From the NCBI RefSeq assembly GCF_000181795.1, contig NW_003526945.1, forward strand, positions 6,288,394-6,352,393: a stretch of 64,000 bases of DNA, read 5' to 3'. This DNA is from Trichinella spiralis. Taxonomy: Eukaryota. Below, piece by piece: positions 37,594 through 52,186 of this stretch; positions within the stretch are counted from its first letter, which is position 1; every line of letters starts with the position of its first letter. The notes beneath the pieces were generated by a model. The model was not told where the DNA came from. It searched no databases and saw only the letters and a program-made list of their open reading frames with translations. The position numbers and the translations under genes were made by a program.

Positions 37594-40500
37594 ATAAAAA
37601 CTGCAACAAAGGAATAAATGCACAGCTAACTTCATGCCCATGCAAATTGCCTTTAGTAGTCTAATTTTAAAATAAAAGAAACTTTTGAAAGCTTAGATTA
37701 AGCGCACGGTATGATTACTTTGAGCTTCGTCATAATTTAGCATTTGCGTTGTTTGCCATGTGCTTTTTGCATTACTATGCATGTTCCTTTCTTAACCGAT
37801 GTTTCTTGGAAATTATTGTTCAAAATTTCTTTCTGTGCAATTTTCAAGAATAGGTAGCAATATAAGCAAAAAGCTTTTTTTCTGAATAATACATAAAAAC
37901 AGCTAATGTGTAAACATCTTCTCTGCAATTTTCAATCACTTTCAATCTTGTCTTGAACTTTTATCAAGAAAGAGTAGCAAACGTAATGTTTTTTACATAA
38001 ATATTTATCACGCAATAGCCTTCGTCAAGTTCCAGTGACAGCTGCACTCTTTAAAGTCATTTATGTTGCAAAAATAAGGATAGAAAATTAACACCACAAA
38101 CTGCGCTTGTCAATCAGTCAGCTTCAAAAATTAGACAGATTAGTATAGCAGTATTGAATAACAATTGCAATGCATTCATTCATTTACTAACTTAAATTCA
38201 TATAACTGCAATAACAATTCATCTTCAATACATTATAATGATGCATGCTTTTGGTTTTTTAAATATTTTTCAGATTCTTTTCCAGAAACTATAAAATGCA
38301 AGCGGTCATGTTCTACCAACAATGCTAACACTATTTTATAATATTTGCATTTGAATAATAAAAATGGAATAACCAATTTTCTGCCAAATAATTTTTGTGA
38401 AAAATTACACAGAACAAACAATTTGTAACGAATTTTATTATTTATCGATTGCGTAATGTCATGGTTTCTCTACTTTTACTAAGATGCATGATGTTTTTGT
38501 GCTTTTTTGATCAGTTTTAGCTACATTTTGTTGTTGCTGTTGTTAGTGTTTATTAATTTATCCAATAAAGTAGTTTAAACTTGAATTTTAATTTCTGCCC
38601 AAATAACACGCTTTCGTGTAGTATATATATGGTTAGCTACTAACTGGATTTTTATTAACAGAATTTGTCTTAGATGTGAAAGATGTCAAAGTGCACCTGT
38701 TGATCAAGAAAGGTCATCGCTCAAACAAGCCTGACCGATTTGCACAAGTTGTACAGCCAATACAAGGTTAAACGTTGCATAGCAAGCAGTATTCCAAAAT
38801 GTTCAGGCATGTTTGCTGATGCATGTAAAGGTGTTTCATCTGATATATTTTGTGTTGTTGACTTTGCCTAACACTTTGAAGCTAGACTGTTATAAAAGTT
38901 GAAGCAACTTGTTTGATTTTCCGAATGCTTCAAAAGAATAAAAAAAACTAGCCAGAAGATCTTGAAAGCGGATAATGAAGCGTAAATGTTTAACTTCTAT
39001 TTCCACACTCAGCTGAATAAATGAACTTTTCTGTATTAACAATTATTTTTGTAAAATGTTTCACTTTTGATGTTGAGTAATTTTTATCCACAGATAAAAG
39101 TAATAAAATTTGTACTGTTTTGTTGTTAATTTTTGCTTTTGAACCGCTTCACTCATTGCCCTGTTCCAATGAAATTGCCGAATTTTCTTTTTAAATTAAT
39201 GCATTTTATGTTTGTGCATTGAGCAGTTCAAACAGATGTTATTGAAATTTTTGAAACTCATCGCTAGTTGAACAACTGAACAGCATTTCTGTTATTTTTG
39301 ATTGTTGTAACTGCTAGTGTTTTAAACTAATTTTAACTGATTTTAAGCGTAAAACTAACCAGTTGTTAGTTGTTTTTCAGTAGATCAAAATTAGTTAATT
39401 TTTTAATTAACTACGAATTCATAGTTTTGCTGCTTTTAAACAGTGCATTTGTCTAACTAATAAAAATTTTTGTTGTGGCCAATGGATAGCAACTAACATT
39501 TATTTATAGATCCGCAGATAATAATCTCTCTAAAGGTATAACTTTAAATGACGCAGCGCAGAGCAGTGTTTTGTTATCGGTCGGTCCACCAACATGCAGA
39601 CAAGCCTGTACGTACAGCAGTGCTCCTACCAACGCAATGTAGTGCATGTTTTGTACAATACGTCAAAAAGTGAATAAAAAGTTTACAGCCCATTAATAAA
39701 TCTGGCCTACTGAAGCGTATCTAATTTTGTTAGTGATGTAATTTCTTGTTTAAAATTTGGAAACTGTAAAAAGTATTTATATGGATTCAACTGCGATAGA
39801 AAAATTATTTCCAGTATTGCCAAAGGGGTTTTCTAAATGATTACGAAAACACTAGCATTAAAAGAGTTTGGCGCAGAATAGCAACGAAAAGTAAATGCAC
39901 TACTATAATGATTATGATGATGACTAACAATAATCAATCAATAATGGCAGCCTGCATTTGTAGCACTGTTTTGCATATGCTACAGCACTGTGCATTCCAT
40001 TAAAATATATACATACTGGCAAATGCTAATAAGCCAACTCATAAATGCATCTACCCATACTTTTTTTTCATGGCAAACTGGTTATTGTTATGAATAATAA
40101 GAACCAAGCTCCATGCTACACAATAACAGTGGCAACTCTCCTGCTTCGCTATATTCATTTGTGGCTTTCATCTGAGTTGAAAATATTCGTCTTGCTTACT
40201 TGGGGATTAAATCGGTGCTTTGGAAGTACAGCTTTGAAAAGACTGTTGGTGAGCAAGTGATGTTAGGCAGTCTTATTTATCAGCATACCAACCAGCCCAG
40301 TTAGCTTCTGGATGTACTTTCTAGTCCATCCTTAAGCTGGTTCACTTTGAGCAAAACAAAATTACAGCCACCATCACACGAAATACTTACTCTTTTGATA
40401 ACTACAACTGGATGATAAAGTAAAGCAGTGAAGCGCAAATTCATCGGAACAAGCGAATGTCAACTGTGTCAATATTTACCAGCTCTGCTTGAAACTCAAC

Positions 40501-43500
40501 ACGTTTCTTTTACCCTAACCTGACAAGAACTCATTTTGCTGTAACCAATGAAATCAAACAGATGATTATTACAATTATCAATACTCTCTTTTGCATTTTA
40601 CATTTTACAGAGCTCTGAAAATTGCATAACTCTTTTTGAATATCACAAAATTTACCCTTTGAAACCGCAGTTTTAAACAACTACATGGTAACTAGCATTA
40701 TTATTTTACTTCCAGCTGATTATGTCCAGTTTTGCATTGTCTGTAGGATGTCGCAAAATAGGGTGCAGTCATACTGGTCAAATAACATTAAATCGTTACT
40801 ATGCAATAAAGCAGTATTATTTTTCAAATGTCAAACCATCATTTGCGGACTATGCTTATTACGATTGATGAACTTCTCATCGTTGCTTTCCCTTTCATGT
40901 GGATGCTTTATTCCGGCACACCCCATTTATATTTTGACAGTGCAGTGACCTGATTAATTCAGGAACAACGCCTCAATCAGTAAATCTGTGATGCAAGGCT
41001 TCTGTTTGAAAAGCCATGACCAGTTGAAATATTTCATCTTGACTAGCTTTTGCACAATTATGTAGTCAGGTGTGTTTTTTTGGTTATCATCAGATGACGC
41101 ATGATGATGGAACAGAACTCTCAGGTATGCTATAAATGAAATGCAAATATTGTTACTTTTGCTTACTATTCATTACTTATGATTTATCAGTGAATTTAAA
41201 ATTCAAATATTTATTTTTTATGTCTTTATCTGAAGATGCGTGATTGCTATTTAACAAAAGCATATCTAAAATTTTTTAAAATATTTTGTCCATTGTTATT
41301 ATTACTATTACTATTATTATTATTATTAGCTTTAATTTAGAATTCTCTCATCGAATTATTTATTTTTAAACCAATACGCTTCAGTCGTTTTATCTTATGC
41401 ACATCTTATCTCTTGAATATGCAAAATATTCATTATTAGGGAAGGTATTTATTTGCTCATTAATGTGTAGCGCATTATTATAATTTGCACACTTTATTGT
41501 ACGGTGTGAGCAGTTATTTTCTGAAAATTTGCCATATACAGCGACTAATGTAATGCCATCCTTTGATTTGAAAAAGAATTATTTGCTGCCATCCCATGTT
41601 AATTTAATATTGAACATCTTTTGGCAAAAAATAACATTCTGATATATAAAATGCAAGCAGTTGAAGAAACAGCATTGTATGAACGAAAAGCTGACAACAG
41701 TATTCAACAAAAAAGTAAGTAATGCATGAGATCAAATTTGTAAATATTTGCACATTGTGACAGGCGCATGTTTAATTTGTTCTTGTCATGTATTTTGTAA
41801 CAATAATTTTGAATTATTATGTTTTTATGCACTATTTTAAGTATGTTTTGACAATATATTTTAAAGCGTTGCATAAAAAACTAATATGAAAAATAGAGAG
41901 ATGTTTTTTGCCTTATTATGTTTCATTGATCAAAAGTGACTGGTATACTGACGTACTCACTCAGAGCAGCTTGTTTTGTAGTTATTTCAACTGCTTTTCA
42001 ACTAATTTTCCAATATGTGTATGAACTGAATAATATCATTCATTTAAATATATAATGATGAAAGTGAAAAAAATTTACTAATGTGTGACTTTTAAAATGT
42101 TACTGCTGCTTTTCTTAGTTTTTAACTGCTGCAATAATGAAAAAAGTTATTGCTGTAATAGAAAAAGAACTTTTGAGCATTATTTAGAGAAGCTAAGGTT
42201 TACCGAAGCAACACCACTACCTTGTGCAAAGCGAATGCAAATTTTAACGAAACGTATTTACTCGATTTTCAATGGCAAATGCGTTGCAATGAGTGAACAT
42301 TAATATTTGAAGTACGCAAAAATTTAGCTGATAATTTCTTTGAAAGTTTATTTGAAAGTGCTATTTCTTTCAGAAATTGCCCTAGTTAAATCGAAATTAT
42401 TTCCATATAGAAATAAAATTATTTTCAAAATGGCTAAAGCTAGAGCATTTTTTCTTCTCCGAATGATTAAGTATGACGTATTTGACGTTTCAATTTGAAA
42501 ATATATATATGTTTATTGTCATTTGAGATATGCTAATTCAAAGCCTAGTTTTAATTGAATTTAAAAAGGGCTATTGATTGTTTTTATTTCAAAAATAAAT
42601 TTAACAAAATAAAATCATTATATTTTTCATAATACTGTTTGTTCTGTCACATTTTAAATATTTATTTTCACAATGCATTTTATTATGGCACTGTGATATT
42701 TATTTTATCATCAAATTAGATTTTTTTCTGATATAGTTAAATAATATTGTTTGTGTGCATCGTTTTGAAGTGGATTTTTACGGATTTCTTAAGGAAAAAT
42801 GCACTTTATTAATAATGAAAAGATATATGTTACTGTATTATTGCGGTTTCCAATATTTCATTCAATAAAGGGTTTTTAAGTGAATACTAAAAAATGTGAT
42901 TTGTATTTTGAAATATTATTTAATCAGGCACATAATAATAGTTCTTAATGTATGCTTGTAGATTCATTTAATAAAAATTTTCCCGTTTTATTATTTACTT
43001 TACTAAATTAAATTAAAAAATATTTTTGTTTTTTAGCTTCATTTGCTACATGAAATATTCATTATTCATTTATTAAGCTCTTAAATGTGAAGTAATTGAA
43101 CGTGTTTGCTAAAACAAACTACTTTCGTTCAAAAAATGACATCAGATAAAATTGTAATGCCAAGTCCAGTTAATGAAATCAGGCGATACGAACTTTTGTC
43201 GTCACATTTAACTGAAAATTGCACAGAGCAATTATTTCAATGACATTCACGCGTAGAAAATAATTTAATTTCCATACTGTACATATTCCTGTCAGTTTTG
43301 GAGTAAAAAAAGCAGCGTCGTATTGTAATTAGCACCACTTAATCGGACATTGAGCTATATGCAAAAAATAATTTTAATGTTAAAACAGTAAACAAAATTA
43401 AAATAAGGACGACGTATTTCGCATGATTCAAATGCATGCATTAAATTGGAGAATAACGCGAGCATTTAATTCCATTGTGTATTTGCGCATATAATTTATT

Positions 43501-46500
43501 AAACAAACTTATAGTAATATCTGACTTTAGCCAATTTAAATACTATAAAACTGGCATTCAAGACTGCTATGAAAACCAGATAACTTAAAAATATTTTTCT
43601 TGCAATATGAATTTCATTTCAAACTTAAGTAAGCGCTGCTTTTAGTATTGGTTATTAGAGTAGTATTCTTTACTTGAGATGAACTTTTATTTAGCAAAAT
43701 TGTCATATAATAACTACAGAGAAAATAAATTCATTTTAAATAAATGATAAATTGTGTAGCTGAATGTGTAGTTATTTATTTTAATACTTAAAATATCAGA
43801 GTGGCTGGAAATCAGTTATTGCTATTTTTAATGCAGGACCACGCAATTGCTTAAAATGTATTCTATTTTTTTGTAGCGCTAACTGTTATATGAACAAAAT
43901 TTTACATTCTAAATACATCTGCCATTAATTTTGTGAGTTTGTTTATATTTTACTGATCTTCTTGAGAATATATTCAATAACTGAACAGTTAGATTATTTC
44001 AGATAAGCTGACGTAATGTATAACAAATAAAGTAATTAAATTTCGTTGAATTTGTCATTGTAATATACAAAGCATGCAGTTTATTTCAATTGCATATTGG
44101 TGTATAATGTATTGATAAACCTGCCGCTTTCTGTATAAGGTAACATTTTCTGAAGTTTCTTAAGCAAGCAGAAATTCTATTAGAAATTTGCTCCCTTCAA
44201 AAGTTCAGCATGGCAGTACTTTTAAATGGGGATAATGTAGCTGCAATGAAATGGTATATTATTTAATAATTAAGAATTTATAGACTGTTTATCAAATAAG
44301 CCAGTAGTCACGCAATAACAAACAAAAAGCACCTTCTAACCAATATTGGTAATCATTTGAAATAAATGACAGCAAAGTTTTTTATTCTGCTTATACGTCA
44401 TCGGTTAGAGTGACAACTTTTTGAAATGAAAAGGGCAAGTTTGTCAAATTAGTGCATCAACAAGCCACCATTCAATATAAATAGTGGATTAGAAGAATCT
44501 TGTTAAATGCAATCACTAAAAAGATGAGATAATTTTTGGTAAGTCACGTTAGCAAATTTAAATTATGGAATATATTTTTTTATCCAGATATAACTGAATG
44601 CATTATAAACAGTTTTCTTTTGTAGCATCATGCGTTGTTGTTAAATTTATGCGGTTAAATGGTGCAAATTTAAATATAAGATGATTCATAATGTTTTGCA
44701 AATTACATTGCTCAGATTGATGATTTAATTTATTTATCTGTGTGCATATTCAAGGCAAAGTGATTTTCAATAGTGGAAGATAAAATTTGATTGATAGAAA
44801 AAATGCAGAATGAATGCAGCTTTGTTGCATTAGCTTTAAAAGAGAATTGCAATATGATAAAACATTTTTGAAATAGACCGTGTACAGAGGGAAACAAGAA
44901 TTTCAAGTTTTTCTAAATTAAAAATCTGGTCTACACTTTGTTGCTGTAAATAAGTAGGAAGAAATTCTAAATTATTTTGAGAAAGCTTGTCATCTTTGTG
45001 AAGCCACTTTTATTAGCTAAAAAAGCCAAAAAAGTGTTACTGTAATTAATCACTAGTACCTTATTTATGCAGTGTTACTTTATTAATTTAAATAGGTGAA
45101 TTTGATGTAGCATGTAAAATAGTTCGTGCTTTATTTTAATGTTTATGATAATTTTGTTTTGCTTTTTGTATGTGTTACCTTAAAATGGTTATATATATAT
45201 TTATTTTTTTCGAACATTCTCGTCGTTTTGTTGCTTTAGAAAATTGTCTAAAAATATTCAGAAGCAAATAATATGATGATACATTTAAAAATTTTAAAGT
45301 CGGGTGCTGTGAGAAGAAAAGTTGCTTACTGATACTTTACATACTGCTTTCTGCCGTAAAGCATTCTAAAATTTTTCGTCTTCCTTGGCATACTTCTGAA
45401 TGAAAGTACACCAGTGTTGATCTAACCTTTAATAATTGGAATTTTGCAATTTTGATGAGCTTTGCATAAACCTGATCATTTGCATAAATGCATTTTATGC
45501 TTATGATTCTTGAAACTGCTGTAGATAGAATGCCTCAAGAAAGCCTCTTGTGTTTTTCTTTTTAATGTGATGTGCATAAACGAACAAGTATAAATATTTC
45601 TAATTATAATTTTTTAATTCATTCTCTTTTCACGTCACTATTTCAATTCAAATGGAAATTTTATAAATCATCAATAACAAGATCATTGTTAAAATAAAGT
45701 ACTGTAACTTAACCCATCACAATACGGCTTAACAGAATGAGTTTGCATTTTGTTTCTGCATTTGTAAATAGTATAAACGCAAAATGACAACTAAATAAAT
45801 ATCACATTTCTTATATGCTAAAAAATTTTTAATGAAACGAAATAGACGTAATTTCCATTTTTTCAGCTGCTACTGTATTTTCATTTTACATTGCAATTCT
45901 TATCTTCACACCTGAAGTTATACGTTTTCTTTTATTTTGCTTCATACATTTAATATAAAAAATTACTTGACTTTAATAGATTAAGAATTTCACTATGATT
46001 ATTTTCAAAAAGTCACGTTTAGAATTTTTATTGCTTTTTAGGATTCATGTAAATGCTCCAAAACGTATGAATTTCAGCTTTATTGTACTCAAATTACTCT
46101 ACTGTGAGTTTCTGATACACCATTCACCGAGTATTCACAAACTATTGATTACACTTGTTTACTTATCAGTGAATAGTTTTCATTTAAAATCGATGCCATC
46201 AATAAAACAATGAATACTTTGTAAAAATTTTCCAACACGCTTGGTTATTTTAATAAAAAAGGAAAACGTATTGGAAACTATGAAAACGAAGAATAAGAAT
46301 TTCTTTCTTCTACATGGCAGTTTTCATTCTGCTATTAAAAAATTGTGTAAGAAATACTTTTATAAGTTAATTTTCTTTGCATTATAAAATTATCACGGTA
46401 AAACAATTTTGCAGGAATTGTGCTTAATGAATATGAATGAACAATAGCAATAAAATTTACCAAAGGATTAATTGTGCTTTCTTTTTTGTTGAAATTTCAA

Positions 46501-49500
46501 AAATAAGCAACTAGTAAGCTAATGGAAATTGGATTAATTTAAAAAATTATAAACGCTTTCAGCTTAAATTACAAATATCAAGTTCTAATATTAACAAAGA
46601 AATGGTAAATAAGTGTCATTTACGTAGAATGCCTGTTCTGTCTGTCTGCGTGTCTGTATGTCTCTAAGCGACAGTTCTATTTAAAAATGCCATGTAAAAC
46701 ACAAAGCAGATTAACTTTAGAATTTTTCGTTTGCATTACTTTCTGTATAGCGAGAAGTAGCTTACTTGCGAAGCGGCAATTGATTCATTTAATGATTTGC
46801 ATAACTTTTCAATTCTGTTTATACAGTTTACAATGACAATAGGGTCTTGTTCTTGTTGCACAAATGAAATGTGCTGTCAGTTTATTTTTAAATGAACGAA
46901 CTAGCTGATAGATAGCGTGGGGGTTGAAAAGCATCTAGTACATTGGCACAATCACAGTGACGCACAGGAGAAGGTCAATTATCAGACAGTGATGACGAAA
47001 TGATATGTCACTATTTTTTCCAATCATGACATGTATTTTCTTTCTCTTTTTGTTTTTTCTTTTCTTTACTTTCGCCTTTCTTCCATTGTTCTCTTAACTT
47101 CTTACCACTTCTCTATCTTTTGTACTTATCGATAAAAGAAGTTTTGGCAATATTGGATGACAGTGAATTTCGACTTAGCTCATCTATAAATATAGCCATC
47201 TCTGAATTGGAGTGCACTGTTATTTGCACTACAGTACTGTCTGCACAGCACTGCTTTCTTAAGGTGGATTTCAAAACTTCCATCTCATGCTTTCTTTATA
47301 TGATTATTCATCATGTGAGTATTTCTGTTCATTAAAGAATTTTTTAAATTACCGTAAACATGTCACAATTCAAAATTTTAAAAACCCATCAACCTTTTCA
47401 AAAGTCAACTAACCACAAATTTAAAGTAGATTCCTTCTAAAGTGCGTATTTCCATCAATTAATTCAGTAGTAATTTTAATTGCATTTCCTCCTATAAAAG
47501 GATTATATTATTTTTAGTGGGAAGTCTTGTTGTCTAGTGTATCATAATATGAAAAAATTAATTTAGCAAATGCATTAATGAAATAAGTAAAAGTTTATTT
47601 TCAAAAATCTGACCTCATAAAGCTACACTAAACGAATCTATTTTATATTAATAAGACATATTTCAAACTTAAGCATGAATCTAATTATAATCAGCGTGAA
47701 AATTTAAATATAACATAATGCTATTATCATATTATCTTTGCAAAATTCGAAACTTATTTACAAAATGTTCATAAGGAAATAAATCATTAAAAATATTTCA
47801 AACCACATTAACATGAACATAATCAAGTTGTTTATTTCAACCGCTTTTTTATGTGTTAAATTTAAAGCGCATCTTTATTTCAACTTTATAATTTCATTAA
47901 ATTTTTAATTTCGTGCATATAATTTGCCAGGTCGCTAAAAGGTACGAAACAGTGAATAGCATTTTTTTGTTTTTCATAACTTTCTTCGAATAATATGAAA
48001 TAAAAATAAGTTATTTCTTTTTTACAGCAAAACACTTATGTTGACTCTTAAAAATAAATTTTGAGAATTTATGATAATTTTAATTTTTCTTAAAAACGAA
48101 AGAAATAATAAAAACATTCTATTATTATGCTTTATTAATGAAACAAAATTGTCAGTTGCATGAACATGAAGTAATGTGGTAGAAACAATTCCAACTGTTG
48201 CACGCATTGCATTGCACCTACTATTCATTTATAACTGGAATTTTTCACAGCCTCAAATCAAACTTAAATTAATTTCTTTTCACCTCTTGAAAGTATTCGT
48301 ATTTTCGAATGGCTCAATCATAGAATTTATTTCAAACAGCTATGACATCTGCTTTTATATAAATATTTTGAATAATACTAACGTTGATTAAATAATATTA
48401 TACTGTGCAGAATATTACGGTAATTTAGCATTCGTGATTACTTAAGTATGATCTGAATCTTCAACTATTTACAATTTTTATGCACTAACAATTTCATATC
48501 ACAATTAATGAGTAAACTTGACTTTTCATCAAAGTTACTAAAAAATATTGGCGAACGGCATCTGTACTAGATGCGCGCTTAATCATCTGCAATTTTTTGT
48601 TGTATCGCTTCAATTAAAATTAATGCTTTGGAAAATAGAGTCGATTATTAAAATTATTTGCCCAGTTGTGCGTAGAAAGCTTTTGACTTTTTGTGTCACA
48701 AATCATAGCAACTTTTAATATCACTGGCTTATTACGTAATAAATTCTTCATTAATTATAGATAGAAGAAACAGTGTCCTTATTTTTGCAAAATTTATATT
48801 CCCATGCAGATTGTTTGCAGAGATACTGTTTTTCAAATAGTAAAAAATAGGCAAAGTAATTCAAGCAGTATGCCAGTTATGTGCAAATGCCCAAGTTTGT
48901 ATCAACGTCATTCTGTATTGAAGGAATTGCAACCTTATCTGAAAAGCAAATGTATAGAAAGAATATGTAAATATTTTAATTATTTAATACAAGAAAATGA
49001 TCGCGTCTAATTAAATGTGATGTCTTAAATGAAATATAATTATGTCGATGTATCGGAGTAATGAATGGCAAGTTTGCAATTATGCTTGCTTAAGCATTAG
49101 AAAATGCTTGGTAAAATTAAATTAAACGTATCGTCTTCTTTAATTTTGTTCTGAAAATTAAAAAAGAGCAGCAAAAGTGCATTTCGAGTGTGTTTTGCGG
49201 AATTGTATTTTGGAATTTGTTTATTTTAAAGCTAGCCCCACCCAAAGTTCAAGTGATCCTTTAACTAGTTTTGTTAATTTTTATGCAAGAGATAGAGAAC
49301 AGGTTTGTACACAATTTACCTATCTTTGCATGCTTTTGCTCCTATAAGTCGCTAGTGTAAAAAATTTAGCCTTCATCCTAGTACATTAAAGTTGCATATT
49401 TAAATATTAAATTTGAAAAGTTAATATTATTATTATTATAGTAATTATGTTAATATTTATAATATTATTTAGATATTTCCAATTTTAGCACTGACATGAT

Positions 49501-51381
49501 TTTCAGCAAAATGCCTTATCAGTGTTTTCGTTTTGCAGCATCACAAGCATTGTTATAAGCAGGGTTGATAATGAAAATTCATTTTGGTGACTATTCCTTT
49601 GAATAAGATGCTAAAGAAAGACTGCAAAAAATATACAGTTTTTACTAGATAATTCTGTAACAGGAATTTTGTTTATACCCGAAGATCATTTTTTAAATTT
49701 TCTTTTGCTAAACTGTTTTTGTTGCTAAATTAACGCTGCCCTGTTTTTGAAATTTCAAATTATGTAATTATGATTTGAATTATGACTCTAATTAATGTAC
49801 TTCTGACTGTAATGTATGACTAATTATGAAATTGTTGAAATTTCAAAACAGCTGCTTCAAAAAGTCATTGTGCATTGCTATTAGCAACGGTTTGGACAAA
49901 TTGAAAGTCCGTAAAAATGCGCGGATACGGCCATCAATTTTGATGCACTTCACAGAAGACGGCTTTCACATCGAACAAGAGTACGCTTCTCGCTTTTTGA
50001 ATTAGCTTTCAAAAGTGATTTTAATCAGAATAGTGGGGGTTGACTTGGACACTTTCCGAACGACTACTATTTCAATAACGTTTATAAAACAGAAAACAAC
50101 AGTATTTGAAAAGTAACCAAATTAATTGTTCACTTTGCTTTCAGGCGTGCTAATTTTTTATCCGTTATGTTGTTAGTAAGTTCAGTAGTTTTCTGTGATC
50201 AAAACTGACAACAACTAGAAAAAGAAGCTTTGCTAAGTTGAAACTCAGCATTTTGTTTTCCAACCAACCAACCTTTCAAAATCACTCGTCACTCAGCCGT
50301 TTTTACTTCCACTAACTGACATTGATTGAATTTACTGAGTGATCACAATGAATCGCTTGCTAAGCATCGTATACATTTTTGAAGCTCCTTTGTTCACTGA
50401 TCAAGCCGCTTCAATGCAGCTGCGCGGCGCCGATTTCTTTTCATTCAACAAGCATCTCCAATTTATTCTCTTTCTCTGACACTTCAGTCCTAGTGTAGGA
50501 AAGCAAAAGCAAAAACTATGAATGCAAATTTGTCGTTCATCATTTCTTCGCTGTGACTCATGTCCATTTCCGTCCATGCTCATTTGTTTTCCCATCGTAA
50601 GGTTATTTATTTTATTACTGCAATTTTTTTTTGAAATATTAACACAATATAACTGTTCATCATTTGCATTAGCATGTTAAATATCAAATTTATACAGTAC
50701 TGCTTGAAAAGATAATTTTCCATATACAAGAATATGCTGATTGGTCGTCTTGAACTTCATCGACATAGTTATTCGCTATTTCTCTAATACAAAAAAATAA
50801 CGATCATAAAAAAATAAAAACAAAAAATTTCTTCTCAACCACTTTGTAGATAAGAAGTTGCAGTTAGCAACTTTCATTTTAAATGAAGAAAAAAAAATAT
50901 ATATTCAAATTTATTTTAGATTAAATGAACACAATGTTTCAACTTTTTTCAATTCAAATTGTTATTGAAATGTTTTTGCTATAGTTTTGACAGTATCTTT
51001 CAATTGCTATCGCTGTGTTGCATTTTCAAAGCAGACTTTTTTTTATTTAAAATAGCATGCCTTTTTTTACACAGAAACTAAAAAGTAAGAAAAAATCTTG
51101 ATTTGTTTAGTGAAATAATTTAAATTTTGTTGCATGATCTTTTTCACTTATCACACAAGCTCAACATTGAATAGTGATAATTTTGATATTGTTGTGTCAA
51201 AAGTATTATGATTATATCTCAGTTTTGCTTTTCAAATGCTTCATATTGTTCCTTTTAATATTATGCAAATTTTTCAATCAGAGATATTATAAAGCGTCAC
51301 GATTACTTTCTGAATTCTAATATTAATTAGGAGAGTGTTTTTAAAAAGCTTTTCATTTTAATTTCATTCATTGAATTGTTT

Positions 51382-51408
51382 CCCCCCCTCCCTCCCTCCC
51401 TCCCTCCC
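51382..51408. repeat. (CCCT)n tract
   Basis: C7 followed by five TCCC units. Confidence 0.9.
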
Positions 51409-52164
51409 TGTTCCCCCCTTTTTGCCGTTGGGTAATAAGTTGCGGATGATAGCCATCGGCAACCGGAATCACGTGTATGAGTTTGCTTTAGCTGATTGAC
51501 AAGAAACAGGGCGGAGGTTTGTAAAGAGCGGCTAAAGCAGAGGGTGGAGTCGTCCAAAACAGACACACTGCTTTTCATCGAAACTGGTCTTCATGTTGAG
51601 CTGCTGCTTTTTGTTGAAATTGGTGAAGATGCAGTGAAGAGCTTATTATGCCCCCTCTGTTCGACCAAACAACACCAACTTTGTTTACTACTGCTTATTA
51701 TAAAAAAAGCGAATATTGCAAAAGTTAAATTTATCAACCTCGATGTGCAACTTTTGCTTCTGTTTTGTTGCATTGTGTTCTTTTTTATATTTTGAAAAAA
51801 GTTTCGCAACATTTTCGCAAAATTCATCTCGTAACTGATGAGGACTTTTACAGCGCCTGTTGCTCAGTAAATAGCAGTTGTTTAAAGCTGACTGAGTGGA
51901 CGTGATTTGTAAATAAATGACTGCTTTAAAATTAGCCACAGATCTAGTTTTTTTTAAGTCGGCAGCTCAAGCTCTGGCTTGGTGCTACAAGTTTGGTTGA
52001 TCTGCTTCAGATTAGCGTCTAGGCATCGCTTGACCGGCATTATCGATTTATCAGAAAGATGGATGGACACACGTGATTGCTAATTTCCATTTCGCATAGT
52101 CAAGCGACTTATTCTCTACTGAAAGCCTACACGACTTTCCACTGTGCCAGATGTGAGTAGCAGC

Positions 52165-52186
52165 AGTAGTAGTAGTAGTAGTAGTA
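52165..52186. repeat. (AGT)7 microsatellite
   Basis: Directly visible, just after a GTGAGT donor-like site at 52153. Confidence 0.9.

Noticed and set aside
39892..39902. TAAATGCACTA resembling the 5' end of miR-277
   Set aside because: No complementary arm at pre-miRNA spacing, and similarity stops after 11 nt.
40299..40342. Hairpin with 16 of 19 positions paired, as a possible pre-miRNA
   Set aside because: Only 44 nt, three G-U pairs, stem does not extend, and no known seed recognised.
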